This document shows positions 36,836 to 49,779 of a DNA stretch of 64,000 bases, in pieces. The DNA lies in assembly GCF_006345805.1 (NCBI RefSeq), contig NC_043015.1, positions 16,554,001 to 16,618,000 of the forward strand, read 5' to 3'. The notes beneath the pieces were generated by a model, which saw only the letters and a list, made by a program, of their open reading frames with translations, made no database searches and had not been told where the DNA came from. A program made the translations under genes and the position numbers. Source of the DNA: Octopus sinensis. Taxonomy: Eukaryota. Positions within the stretch are counted from its first letter, which is position 1; every line of letters starts with the position of its first letter.

Positions 36836-37229
36836 CAGAAACCTGGACATTATCAAAGAAGCTTGAGAGGCGGTTGGATGGAACCTACACTCGCCTCCTT
36901 ATGAGAGCTCAAAATCTCTCATGGAAGCGCCATCCAACCAAAATGCAAATATATGGGAAACTACCACCTGTGTCATCTCTTGTGAAAGGTAGGAGAGTCC
37001 AGTTTGCTGGACATTGTTGTAGAGCTGAAAAAGAGGTAATTTCTACTCTTCTCCTCTGGAAGCCATCTACTCGCAATACCAGAGGGCGCACACTCTCCTA
37101 TCCTAATGTAATCTCCAGGGATACAGGCATCCAGCAACAGGACCTCCATAATGCCATGATGGACCGTGAAGTCTGGCGTAGCATGGTAAATTCCATTGTC
37201 TCGACCACGGTCGAACAATGATGATGATG
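36836..37229 (+). mobile_element. 5'-truncated RTE LINE with (TGA)n tail and 11-bp TSD
   Basis: SETWTLSKKLERRLDGTYTRLLMRA...RRVQFAGHC...DREVWR open to stop; TSD ATTAGTAAACT at 36825-36835 and 37230-37240. Confidence 0.92.
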
Positions 37230-37314
37230 ATTAGTAAACTTATGCTGTACATTTTATGATTGTTACTTTGATTTTTGACTAATAAACAGAAATTTAAATG
37301 TATCTTTTACTGTT

Positions 37315-37530
37315 TATCATTCACTTGTTACAGTCATTGGACTGCAGCCATACTAGGACACTGCCTTGAAGGGTTTACTCAAACAAATCAACCCCAGGAC
37401 TTATATTTTTTAAAGTCTGGTTATGTATTTTATTGGTCTCTTCTGCTGAACCAGTAAGTTATAGAGATGTAAGCAAATCCACACCAGTTGTAACAGTGGG
37501 GTAACAAACAATAAAGACAAGCAAACACTT
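37315..37530 (-). mobile_element. SINE family C tail
   Basis: Reverse complement of the tail block of 11495-11693; a further copy at ~38003-38190. Confidence 0.7.
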
Positions 37531-37805
37531 TACACATACACACACACACACACAGATACAGATACAGGCATATTCTTTTATTCTTTTACAGGTTTCAGTC
37601 ATTGGATTGTGGCCATACTGCGGCACCATATTCAAAGAGTTCATACTGGCCCCAATATATATTCCTGTGTGGTACTTAAATGATAAATCTCTTTATGGAT
37701 TGAATAGTAAACTTTCTGCTATAAAGCTGCACACATACATGTGTGTGTGTGTGTGTGTGTATTCTAAAGGTTACAGCAGTAATGTATGGATATGAAGTTA
37801 AATAA

Positions 37806-37959
37806 ATGTCAGGTTATAGAGTGACCAATGGTTTCACATCCATAAAGTGCTTAGCTTTATAGACAACTCAAAAGACTCCTATGGCCAAGTCTGATGAGTC
37901 ATCTATAAAGCCAAGCGCTTTATGGATGCAAAACCATTGGTCATTCTATAACCAGACAT
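37806..37959. ncRNA. 154-bp palindrome made of two outward-pointing hammerhead motifs
   Basis: Right arm AGT CTGATGA GtC ATCTATAAAGC caagc GCTTTATGGAT GC AAAA CC att GG T C ATT; the left arm is its reverse complement; about 70% like 23401-23476. Confidence 0.75.
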
Positions 37960-38434
37960 ATATTTAACTGCATGTAGATACACACACACACACACACACA
38001 TACATATTCTTTTACCTGTTTCAGTCTTTTGACTGCAGCCACGCTGAAGCACTATCAAACAAATCAACCCCAGGACTTATTCTTTCTAAGCCTAGTATTT
38101 ATTCCATCGGTCTCTTTTGCCGAACTGCTAAGTTACGGGGTATGTAAACATGCCAACATCAGTTGTCAAGCAACAGTAGGGGACAAACACAGACACACAA
38201 ATATATAACAAATATATACATATATAAATATATATACATACATACGTATATATATATATATATATATAATATATAATATATATATATATATATATAATAT
38301 ATGTATGTATGTATGTATGTATATATATATACATATATATATGTACGATGAGCTTTTTCCAGTTTCTGTCTGCCATTTTAAATTTATACTTTAATTATAA
38401 CTTATATATAATATATATATATATGTATATATAC

Positions 38435-38541
<107 letters not shown>

Positions 38542-38599
38542 TATATATATACATACATATATATGTATACATACATATATATACATATGTATATACATG

Positions 38600-38912
38600 G
38601 CAGTGAAACATGGGCCGTGACTGCTGAGGACATGCGAGGTCGTTGCCAGTGCCGCTAGATTGAATCCTGTGTGGGTGGCACGTAAAAAACACCATTTTGA
38701 GCATGGCCGTTGCCAGTACCGCAAGACTGGCCCTCGTGCCAGTGGCACGTAAAAGCACCCACTACACTCTTGGAGTGGTTGGCACTAGGAAGGGCATCCA
38801 GCTGTAGAAACACTGCCAGATCAGATTGGAGCCTGGCGCAGCCATCTGGTTCACCAGTCCTCAATCAAATTGTCCAACCCATGCTAGCATGGAAAGCAGA
38901 TGTTAAATGATG
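38600..38912 (+). mobile_element. RTE-type 3' tail
   Basis: ggcacgtaaaagcacccactacactc...agatgttaaatgatgatgatgatg. Confidence 0.85.
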
Positions 38913-38967
38913 ATGATGATGATACATATATATATATATATACATACATACCTATATATATATATAA

Positions 38968-39136
38968 TTGGACAGCCATGAAACGATCGTAGTGTTTTAA
39001 TCATTATCTTTTATTAATCTTTTAATACTTTTGATATATATTTAAAATAATTTAAATTAATTAATTTTATGTATTAGCTTAAGTTTTTCATTGTTTGATT
39101 TGCCTAATAGTGGTTTTATCTCTAATTTAATATAAT
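38968..39136 (+). mobile_element. 5'-truncated copy of the 27261-27478 hammerhead family
   Basis: gacagccaT GAAAC GATC GT A GTG (3' half of the ribozyme)...gcctaatagtggttttatctctaatttaatataat. Confidence 0.7.
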
Positions 39137-39274
39137 ATATATATTATATATATATATATATATTATATATATACATATATATATATATATACATACATAT
39201 ATGTATATATATATATATATATATACATACATATATATATACATACATATATATATACATATATACATACATGT

Positions 39275-39583
39275 GGAGGCACAATGGCCCAGTGGTTAGG
39301 GCAGCGGACTCGCAGTCGTAGGATCGTGGTTTCGATTCCCAGACCGGGCGTTGTGAGTGTTTATTGAGCGAGAACACCTAAAGCTCCACGAGGCTCCAGC
39401 AAGGGATGGTGGCGATCCCTGCTGTACTCTTTTGCCACAACTTTCTCTCACTCTTTCTTCTGTAGGCCTGCTCACTTAGCCAGCAGGGTGGCGTCATTTG
39501 AAGGCTAAAACAACGCGAAGCACATTGTGACCAGTGATGTGTAGCAACATCTGATAGCCTGGTCAGTCACGTGATCATGTGAT
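39275..39583 (+). mobile_element. tRNA-derived SINE, full length
   Basis: A-box TGGCCCAGTGG, B-box GGTTTCGATTCC, unrelated body, cacgtgatcatgtgat tail. Confidence 0.85.
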
Positions 39584-39822
39584 ATACATACATATATGTA
39601 TATATGTATATATATATGTTTATACATACATATATTTATATACATAAATATATATATACATATATGTATATATATATATATATGTATATACATACATATA
39701 TATATATGTATATGTGTATATATGTGTGTATATATATATATGTATATATATATACATATATATGTATATATATACATATATATATATATGTATATATATA
39801 CATACATATATATGTATATATA

Positions 39823-41499
39823 TCTCTTATTATAAAAGGCAGATTTTATCTGCCTCCCTTTGTCTCTTATAGAAATCTACAATATAGGATTTCTTCAATT
39901 ACAATTTACCTAGGATTTTTAAGAGTAGAATGCATCGGGTCTTGCCAGGTCCGCTTTTTAAAATTTCAACCCCAATTAAGCAAAATTTAGAGAAAACTCA
40001 CATTGTGGTGTATAAGTCAAATGCTTTTCTTAGTGTGGGCTACAGCACACGCACACACACAGTGTGCAACGAATAAAGTGAAAGTAATTCACTTTTTGTA
40101 GTGACTGACTCTTTCACTTTGCATTCCCACTTCCTCTTTACACACATAGACACGCAAATATATAAATAAAATTGTAAGCTAACGTATGTGTGTGTGTGTG
40201 TGTGCGTGTGTGTGAGTGTGTGTGTGTGTGTGTGCGTGTGTGTGTGTGAGGGTGCGTGTGTGTGTGTGTGTGTGTGTGCGTGAGTGTGTGACAGGAAAGT
40301 TTTTTAGGACGAATATAAGACCTAACGTATATCCAAGTAGCAGAAAGATCGCCCAAAAGTGTATATAGATATTTAAATGTATTTATATATTCATCTATAC
40401 ACAGATGTATGTATAATGTGTGTGTATATATTTCCATACATGTGTATATATTTCCATTCACTCCATACAAAGTTTTTTAGGACGAAAATAAGATCTAAAG
40501 TTATCTCTAAGAAACAGAAAGATCGCCCAAAAGTGTATATAGATATTTAAATGTATTTATATATTCATCTATACACACATGTATGTATAATGTGCGTGTA
40601 TATATTTCCATAGAGGTAACCATTCAATCCATACAAAGTTTTTTAGGACGAAAATATTTATATATAAAAGAAAGTTTGTGTGTCTGTCTACTCCGATTTA
40701 GATTCCTAACTACTCCCACATTTTGCGATGCAGTTTAACCAAAACCGGGTATCTTATAGTCGTAATTCATATCGAGCCCTTCTGGGTATTAGCGCGCGTC
40801 TACGATGAGTCTATGATTTTACAAATAATTTACCATCATTTTTTTCCATTTTAATGCATATTTTTTAAATAAAGGGAAGTAACTCTCAAACTTCACACCA
40901 ATATGCGTGCTCATATGCGACGTAATATCACATCAGCAGCATTTCCTCACACCCTCCTTGCACTTGGCGAAGGCAAAATACCAGGGGATGAAAATGGTAA
41001 TATTGCCATCGATTCCATTTGTACCATTGTTAAGACGCCTTCTGATCTCAGAGATGCAGTGTTCCCAGATCTACAAGCTAATTATCAGAATATGGATTGG
41101 ATTGGCAAAAAGGCTATACTGGCCCCGAGGAATAAAACTGTTCACCATATTAATGATGAAATGCTAAAACTCATTCCTGGGGAAGTCTATGTATATCAGT
41201 CTATCAATACAACTCCTGACCCAGAGGACGTCATCAACTATCCAATAAAGGTACTCAATTCCTTTGAGCACCCGGACTACCACCACACTTTCTCAAACTT
41301 AAAGTTGGTGCCCCTATAATGCTCATCAGAAATTTGGTTCCCCCAAAACAATGCAATGGCACACGTTTGATCGTTAAGTCCTTATCTCCCACCGTAAACT
41401 TATATCAATATTTGCCTGAATAATCATCATAATTCAGTGCAATCATTAACAGTACTTTCAAGCAATTCAGCCCCGAGCAACGCCGGGCAATTCTGCTAG
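39823..41499 (+). mobile_element. Composite non-autonomous Helitron with helicase fragment
   Basis: A|TCTCTTATTATAAAAG start, second 5'-like end at 40657, ~171-bp internal tandem (40296-40650), hairpin CCCGAGCAACGCCGGG then CTAG|T. Confidence 0.88.
40925..41395 (+). pseudogene. Helitron PIF1-like helicase fragment
   Basis: LLALGEG, AILAPRNKTVHHIN, YPIKVLNSF, then +1 frame [35 protein letters not shown]. Confidence 0.92.
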
Positions 41500-41519
41500 T
41501 ATATATATAAAATCAAGGT

Positions 41520-41945
41520 GCGGAAATAGTGTACTCCAAATGAATATGGTAATGTAATCCGATGGTAGAAAGAATTCCATGAATTAGATACTCCAAAGCC
41601 AGTCAGGTGGTGGAGTCTGTGTGAGCATGTGGTAAATAGTTAATACCAAAATAGGGAAAAAAAAACAAGAAAAAAACATCAAAGTGAGGATATGATACAT
41701 GCTTAGTATTAAAAGATGCTCAGGGAAAGAAAGAAAGTGTGTTTTATGTTTCAAGCAAAGCTCTTCTTCAGAAACAGGAGACAGAGGAAAGTCCAAGAGA
41801 AAAGGAAGATGGAGGAGAAAAAATCACTGAGCTTTGCTTGAAACATAAAAAACACCATTTCTTTCCTTCCCTGAATGTCATTTAATATTTTGCATGTACC
41901 TCATCCTCGTGTTGTTATTTTTTCTTGTGTGTTTTCTTCATTTTT
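41520..41945 (-). mobile_element. pLTR-like repeat with internal inversion and CpG-decayed minimal hammerhead (41740-41776)
   Basis: Inverted arms ~41655-41764 / 41829-41935; minus strand TGTTT CTGAAGA a GAGC ttt GCTT GAAA C AT A AAACA. Confidence 0.65.
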
Positions 41946-42021
41946 GGGGATTAATTATAAATATATATATATAATATAAATAAAATATATCTATAGGCAT
42001 ATATATAGACATGTACATACT

Positions 42022-42075
<54 letters not shown>

Positions 42076-42322
42076 GTATATATCTATGCATATATGGGTA
42101 CAGGACATCACAAAATGTAAACTACATGAAATCCGAAATACAAAAAACAATATGAAATATGAAGACAAACTGTTTTTTGCAAACAACGAGGGGAAACAAA
42201 TGGAAAACAAGACAAGTAACATAAAGAATGACCCTTCATCAGTTGTCAGCTGTTTCTGTGTATATATATGTGTGTTTGTGTGTGCATATATGTACACACA
42301 CACACATATATATATATATATA

Positions 42323-42365
<43 letters not shown>

Positions 42366-42496
42366 GTATGTATGAATGTATATTATATATATATATATAT
42401 ATATATATGCATATATATATATATATATGTATATACATGCATACTTGGAAGATGGACATTAAACAATGATGATAATGATGATGGTATATGTGTGTG

Positions 42497-42528
<32 letters not shown>

Positions 42529-42589
42529 AGCGCATGTGTGTATGAATGTGTGTTTATATATATATATATATGTATATCATCATTATCAT

Positions 42590-42790
42590 CACCATCATTT
42601 GTTGTCCATGGATTGGATGGCTTGACCAGAGCTGGCACGCTGGGGAACTGCACCAGACTCCAGCTGATTTGGCATTGTTTATACAGCTGGATGCCCTTCC
42701 TAACACCAACCACTTTACAATGTGTGCTTACTGCTTTTACATGGCACCACATGGACACTTTTATGTGACACTGCACAGGTGCTTATATAT
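42590..42790 (-). mobile_element. RTE-type 3' tail, diverged
   Basis: gtccatggattggatgg...cagctggatgcccttcctaacaccaaccac. Confidence 0.7.
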
Positions 42791-42920
42791 ATATATATAT
42801 ATATATATAACATTTATTTACCTCTCACCAGATGAAGTACTTCTTTTGTTGAATTTTCCATCATGGCACAGTACATTACACACACACACATACAGATAGG
42901 TAGATAGATAGATTTATAAG

Positions 42921-43110
42921 CTGTATTTGATGGCATATACCACAGACTTTTTCCCAGAAATGTATCACAAACAGATCACCCTGGGTGCTATATGTAAAGT
43001 TGGGTCTATATTGCATGCTTTAATGCACTGAAAAATTTTTTGTACATAAGCACCATTAAAATTGGGCTGCATCTAATATGGTTATGCATCTTTTATGGCA
43101 TGATATACAG
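42921..43110. mobile_element. Old TcMar-type MITE
   Basis: Degenerate TIRs CTGTATTTGATGGCATATA / TTTATGGCATGATATACAG|TA. Confidence 0.45.
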
Positions 43111-43940
43111 TATATTTATAGGCACAGGCATGGCTGTGTGGCTATGAATTCTTCTTCCAAACATCATGGTTCTTGGTTTAACCCCCACAGCTTGGTACCA
43201 AAGCTTTGTGACTGGATTTGGTAGACAGAAACTGAAAGAAACTCATTGTATATGTATACATGTGTATGTACACATGTATGTATGTGTGTGTGTATGTTTG
43301 TATCTCTTTGTCTTAATGTACCGTAATAGTTGTAAATGAGTGTCACTTTCATATAAGCAGTGTGATTCATTTCCAATATTTTGTGAGAACATGTCTGGTG
43401 ATGGGGAAATATTACCTGACTTAGGAACAGCTGCAGGTGGCATCAGGAAGGCATTCAGCCATGTAAAATCCACCTCAAGAAACTTTGCAAGCATAGCAAA
43501 GTAGATGTTAAAGAAACGAAAATGGTGAAATGTAAGCTATAATTCAGTTTTATTTCAAGATTTCTTGCCAATAGAGAAAGAACTGGTTTCTAACCTAGAA
43601 CCAGGGCTCCTTTACTGGAATTTCCACATCAACAGGGTATTTGTGTGTATATGTGCAGTATTTGTAATCAGTGCATGTGCAGATTTGTATGTTTTATTTT
43701 ATGTATGTATTTTTGTGCATATAATTGCATGTCTAGATATATGTATGACAGGATTGAGTATTTTGTAGTATTTAGTTATGTCCCTTTATGTTCTGAGTGC
43801 AAATTCAATTAGGGTTGTCTTTCATCTTTCTGAGGTCATTAAAATATGTACTAGTCAGGTATTGGGGGTAGGTAAAAACAATAATGCCTCTCCTCTAAAA
43901 TCTATAGCCTTGTACTATATACATATATAGTTATATGTAT

Positions 43941-44003
<63 letters not shown>

Positions 44004-44905
44004 TTACACACACGCATATATATACATACATTTACATATATATATATATATATATAATATATATATACACACACACACACAAATGCATGTAGGTATACAC
44101 ACACACAAGCTTCTTTCAGTTTCTGTCTACCAAATCTACTCACAAGGCTTTGGTTGGCCTGAGACTATAGTAGAAGATATTTGCTTCTTACCACACAGCC
44201 ACCACTGCACACACACAGAGACACACACACACACATATATATAAATAGTTTCCTTTTTGTTGATTTGATTTAATCTGATTTATTAATTCATTTTACCATA
44301 TCAATTAAACTTGTATGTAACCAAGCTAATCAGTTGTAACGATACTAAGGCAATTAATTTACTTTATTTATCTGGGTTTTCATAAGCTTCCAGTTAATAA
44401 ACATCAAAACAATTTATAATTCACAGTTTACTCTAAAATTTATCCTTGCTAAATGTATTGATTTTTAACGCACACACACTGCCATTAATGCTGAAGAAGG
44501 TGGGGAGGTCCACACTGAGTTAAATTACAGAATATTACTGGTTATATTCTGTAATTAAACTCCAGATGACTTCAACCTGATTTAAATTTAGAATATGAAA
44601 AGATGGCATTAAATTGCACAAGGCACTTCACTTACAGTTCTCCCTTTTGTTAAATATAGTGAAATATTTTTTATGATATTTGATATATTTGTTACATAAT
44701 TAAAAACTGCCAAATAAATTTACAAAGAATACAGTTTCCTATTAATAGGAAATATATTCCCTTCTGCTATCATATCGTATATGTAAATGAATGTATATAT
44801 AACTAATTGAAATAAGGAACAAAATTATATTTATTATATTATGTTTAGAAATAAAGGAAAATTAAATTCCAATTCCTGGTTATTTAATCTATCAATGTAA
44901 TTATT

Positions 44906-44937
<32 letters not shown>

Positions 44938-45141
44938 TGTATGCATACATATTTTTAGGTGTGTATATACACACATATATGTATATGCACACACACACAC
45001 CTGCACATTATTTGTGTACATACATACACACACACACACATAATACACATACACACATACATATATTTAGGTACGTTTATAAAATGTATACATGCATATA
45101 TCTATACACATATTATGTGTACATCCAAACAGATGTATAGG

Positions 45142-45189
<48 letters not shown>

Positions 45190-45200
45190 ATATACACATT

Positions 45201-45235
<35 letters not shown>

Positions 45236-45464
45236 TAGCTATCTATCAATCTATCTATCTAATGAATTTGCATATATACAATACTATTTCAATCACAGAT
45301 AAGTCTCTATGTCTGTCTCTGTTTCTCACACACACATACACACACCTACACGCACACACGCATATATATATATATATATATATACACATATTAGTGTATA
45401 CATATATACATATGTATATACATGCATGCGCACACACATATGCACATATATACATGCGTACGTA

Positions 45465-45635
45465 CGTACATACGTACGTACGTACGTACGTACGTATGTA
45501 TGTATGTATGTATGTATGTATGTATGTATGTATGTATGTATGTATGTATGTATGTATGTATGTATGTATGTATGTACGTACGTATGTATGTATGTATGTA
45601 TGTATGTATGTATGTATGTATGTATGTATGTATGT
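45465..45635. repeat. (TATG)n/(TACG)n tetranucleotide array
   Basis: Directly visible. Confidence 0.95.
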
Positions 45636-47070
45636 ATTTATTTAAGTATCTATCTACCTAATTATGTATTGGTGACAAAATCTTTCTTTCACTCACCTTG
45701 TGGATCATATTTCAAACTTGGCATCTTTAAATATTTTCAGAAAAGTCAATCACTCGTTCCAAATTCTGTCTGCTACTGTTCCCAGTGTAATTTGGAATCA
45801 CAAGACAAACAGTTGGAGCCTTTTTCTTCCTTTTTTCTTTCTTTTTTTTTCTTTAGTGATGTGGCTGCTTATCAATAATGAAAATATTACTTTCTTTTCT
45901 GCCTTCTCTATTGATGTTATTGTTGTCGTTATAACAAATTTTCCCTTTTTCCTTTTACAATTTTCATAAATAACACTTGATATTTTTGTAGTGTTTTTGT
46001 GTCTGTTCTTAATAGACCTCCTGTTTTTGCTGAAATATTTATACAAATGTGTATATATCCATAAAGCTAAAAGAAAAATAATTGATGGTTTCAATTTAGT
46101 GGTAAAGCACTCGTGTTGATTTTGAATTGCCTGCAAGTGTTACTCGTTTGTTTGTTTTTTACTTTTGTTTTCGTTTTTTTTCTCTTGTTGTTTTTTTCCA
46201 AGATCATGTGAATGTATGCTGTTTTCTCACTCAATGGAAAGGCAAGAGAGGGGGATCACAACAACAGTAGAATGATAAATAGATACATTTAGAGAAGAGA
46301 GTGAGGGAGAGGAGAGAGATAGAGAGCGGAAAGAGAGAGAGAGAGAGAGAGAATAAAGACGTCGAACGTGGAGAGGAGGGAGGGAGAAACTAACAATTAT
46401 GAAAGAGTAAAAGGAAAAGGTGGTGAACAGAAGGCTACAGAGTAAAAGAATTAGAGAAAAGAGACATTGAATGGGTATTATTACAATGAAATCGAGTAAG
46501 AGAGGGAGAAGGGGGAGAAACTGCAGCTACTTCGATGATGATATGAACTTGGTTATGTTATGCAAACGGCAGGGCATAAAGGCCGAAGGTGGGTTGAATG
46601 CTGAGCAAGTGGTTGACGTATATGCATTAAATTGGCGATGCATGTTTATGAAAGTACCAACAGAAAGTTCTTAATCTGCGAGTGTGTGTTTTCTTACTGT
46701 TTGTTATAGTGCAATTGTAGCTGTCATTTGGAACCGTGAACGACGATATCTCACTAGAGTCACTACTAAAACAGCACCTATATTCCGATTGTTGCTTCTG
46801 TTGTGGGTATGGATGTTTATCCTGATACATTCTTATCGTCGCATTATTGCCACTCTAAACCGATACAGCTGCAACATTCCTCAAGACAAATATGTTTAAA
46901 TTATATAATCAAGCTATTGCCATTTAGTTTTATTCGTCTTGTCTTTAAATAATACATCTTAATTGCTATTCTTAATTGTTTATATCTAGTAAGCAAGTTT
47001 TGGTTGGCAGATTCATATTTTAAATCTCTGCAACACCATATTCTAGCTCTCTTCACTCGACATTTCCATC

Positions 47071-47101
<31 letters not shown>

Positions 47102-47152
47102 TATATATATATATATATATATATAATCGTTCTCTTTGTATGTGTATATCTA

Positions 47153-47202
<50 letters not shown>

Positions 47203-47228
47203 CATGCATAGATTCATGCACACACAGA

Positions 47229-47278
<50 letters not shown>

Positions 47279-48226
47279 GTGTAGTTTCAAGCTTAGAAGG
47301 GACAAAGAGTACACAATACACATATAACAGAGTTTATTCGTAATTGAGTTTATTTACGAATCTGTAATAGAGTTCACTTATGAAATTGATGATTCAATCC
47401 GTCGCTACTCAGATTTTTAGAGCGTTTAATATTTCTGGTGACACATATTTTGTGTATGTGTAAGTCTTCTAATATACACACTTATATCTTTATACATACA
47501 TAAACATTCATATATATATATATATACACACACACACAAGCGGGCACGCATACAAACATACTTGAGTGTGTGTGAGCGTACAGACAATTGTATACTCACA
47601 TACTGCGCACACGCACATAAATGGGACGAAATGCGCGTGTACTGATGAATGCGCCTGTGCGTGTATGGGAATGCATGTCTATCGCTCTAACATTAGATCG
47701 ATCTGTTGATTGATCAATAGGATTAGATCTCTACAAGACAGTCAATGTTGGATTCGAGCCAGACCTTAGTGTAAGTTTAACAGAGATTACCGAAAGTCAT
47801 TTAAGATTCTTGTTTTTCCTCAATGTCTGTCTACATCAGATCAGATCCAGAATTATCTGCTATTAGTAATCATGTGAATCAGTGCCGCATGTTCCCCGTA
47901 GTCGGGCCGTTGGCGACTAAACCGCACTCAACGGTCTCACTGTGTGTGTGTGGACAGTGGATTGACATCCTGACCGAGCAAAAATTAATATCTATCTACA
48001 AGGACGGATGAACTAACAAGGTGTTGACAGCCATCCATCACACCTACAAATATACTAGTATAGTTGACTTAGTTTGTTTGTTTTTTTGTATATTCTGCAC
48101 CCAATTTTCTTCCACAAACATACAGGCTTTGCTTTTCCTCTAACTCTGAGAGACTCGGGCGAAAAAATCCACTAAGCGCTAGGTCCATTCAAAGAGACTT
48201 GAATCACTCCTGGTTAGGCTTATTAC

Positions 48227-48488
48227 CAGTGGCGGACTAAGTTGCCAGCTTGCCCGATGGCAAGTGCGCCATTAGAATCCATATATAGGGGCCCATCCCC
48301 TCAAGTTTGAGAATTTTTTATTCACTTCTGGAAGAATGCATTATTTCAACTTGGCTGTGTTTGAAGACAGTTGAAAAGAATACTTTTAACAAAAAATATA
48401 AATAAATAAATGATAGCATTGTAGTTGTGGGTGGGCCCCCTTGTAGTTGCGGGTGGGCCCCCTCACTCTCCTGGCAACATCTTAACTG
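48227..48488. mobile_element. Degenerate hAT-like MITE
   Basis: CAGTGGCGGACTAAGTTGCCAG left end; eroded right end CTGGCAACATCTTAACTG. Confidence 0.45.
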
Positions 48489-48525
48489 TTAGTACTTAGA
48501 ATGCATGCTTACATGCGCGTAAGTA

Positions 48526-49622
48526 CCGTATATACTCGTGTAAAGTCGAATTTTTTGGACCATTTTTTAAGGTCAAATTTATGGGATCGACTATTACATG
48601 AATACTACTTTTCAGGGGCTTAAATTTAAGCTAGAATCCGAAGAACCGTATCAGCAGCAGAAACCCAACTGATCTCCAAGTGAAGAAAAACAATGAATGA
48701 CAGTAATATTACCAATTCTATGCATCAAAACACACGTCCTAATAAATAACAAAACCCATAAACAAGACCGCGTAGCTTTCATGTGCAGTTAATACTAAAT
48801 GTCCATAATGTGGTGTAGAGTTGTTAATCTGGAGCAGGGATTCCCAAAATGTGTTCTGCAAAACTCCAGGGTTCCCTGAAAGTTATCATGGGTTCCACGA
48901 TTTTAAAAATAATGTCGAAGGATTCCGCAGCTGAAAAGTTTGGGAACCACTGATCTGGCGATTAACTAAAAGTTTTTAGGTTTACCGCAGTCATGCCTCT
49001 GTACGACTTCGTGCAATGGTGTTTGCTGTCGTTCGCCGATAGTGCTGTCTGTGAAACACGTTTCTCACCATGTAAACAGATGAGCGTCTGACGCATGTGT
49101 TTATTGTATTTGGAGATGAGGAAAATATAAAGGTCGCATGGGAACCACTCATCTAGCGATTAATTGAATGTTTTTAAGCTTATCAAAGTCATGCCTTTGT
49201 ACGAAACGACAGTGCTGTCTGTGAAACACGTTTCTCACCATGTAAACAACGAGTGTATTACGCATGTTTATTGGGCTTCAAGATGTATGCAGGCTTGCAG
49301 CATATCCCGTGCATACATTTTAGTAATGGTAATGTAGCACCCATCAACCGATGTGTAGTACACGCTATTAAATGTTGTTTTACTATAAGCACCTAGCATT
49401 CCACCTATAGAGCAGGTTACAATAAAGTAGCCACACGATTTTGTAACAGTATTATTTCTACGTACAGGATAATACGGTACCTTGGCCCACAAATGTTGTT
49501 CTGTTGTTCGTGAAATACTACAGTCGACTTTTATACGGGGTCTATGGAAAATTCCCAATTTTTTGGCCAAAAATTGGGGGTCGACTTTTACACGAGATCG
49601 ACTAGTACTCGAGTATATACAG
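48526..49622. mobile_element. TcMar/pogo-type non-autonomous element
   Basis: TA|CCGTATATACTCGTGTAAAGTCGA...TCGACTAGTACTCGAGTATATACAG; internal ~190-bp duplication (48961/49158). Confidence 0.8.
48835..48952. mobile_element. hAT (Charlie-like) MITE nested in the previous element
   Basis: CAGGGATTCCCAAA...TTTGGGAACCACTG; 8-bp TSD ATCTGGAG/ATCTGGCG. Confidence 0.85.
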
Positions 49623-49779
49623 TGTTTGTGTGTGTATTGAACTCGCACGTGCATGCACGCCTGCGTGTTTGTATGCTGGTATTCCTAGATAAACTTTGCA
49701 AGATAGAGCAAGACTGGTTTCGAGGTCTGATGTGGGGAGAGGTGGTCTTAAAATTTAAGGTGACTGTGATGATCTGTCA

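Noticed and set aside
39275-39350. Functional tRNA gene (also considered for 15860-15930)
   Set aside because: A/B boxes are present but there is no complete cloverleaf or acceptor stem; these are SINE heads.
42085-42255. CTGATGAAGGG on the minus strand in a microsatellite-embedded repeat
   Set aside because: Could not assemble GAAA/stem III in the right register; probably a repeat family but no supportable ribozyme.
46698-46830. Possible first coding exon MYQDKHPYPQQK... ending at a gtaaga donor
   Set aside because: Plausible position but no homology or codon evidence that I can verify.
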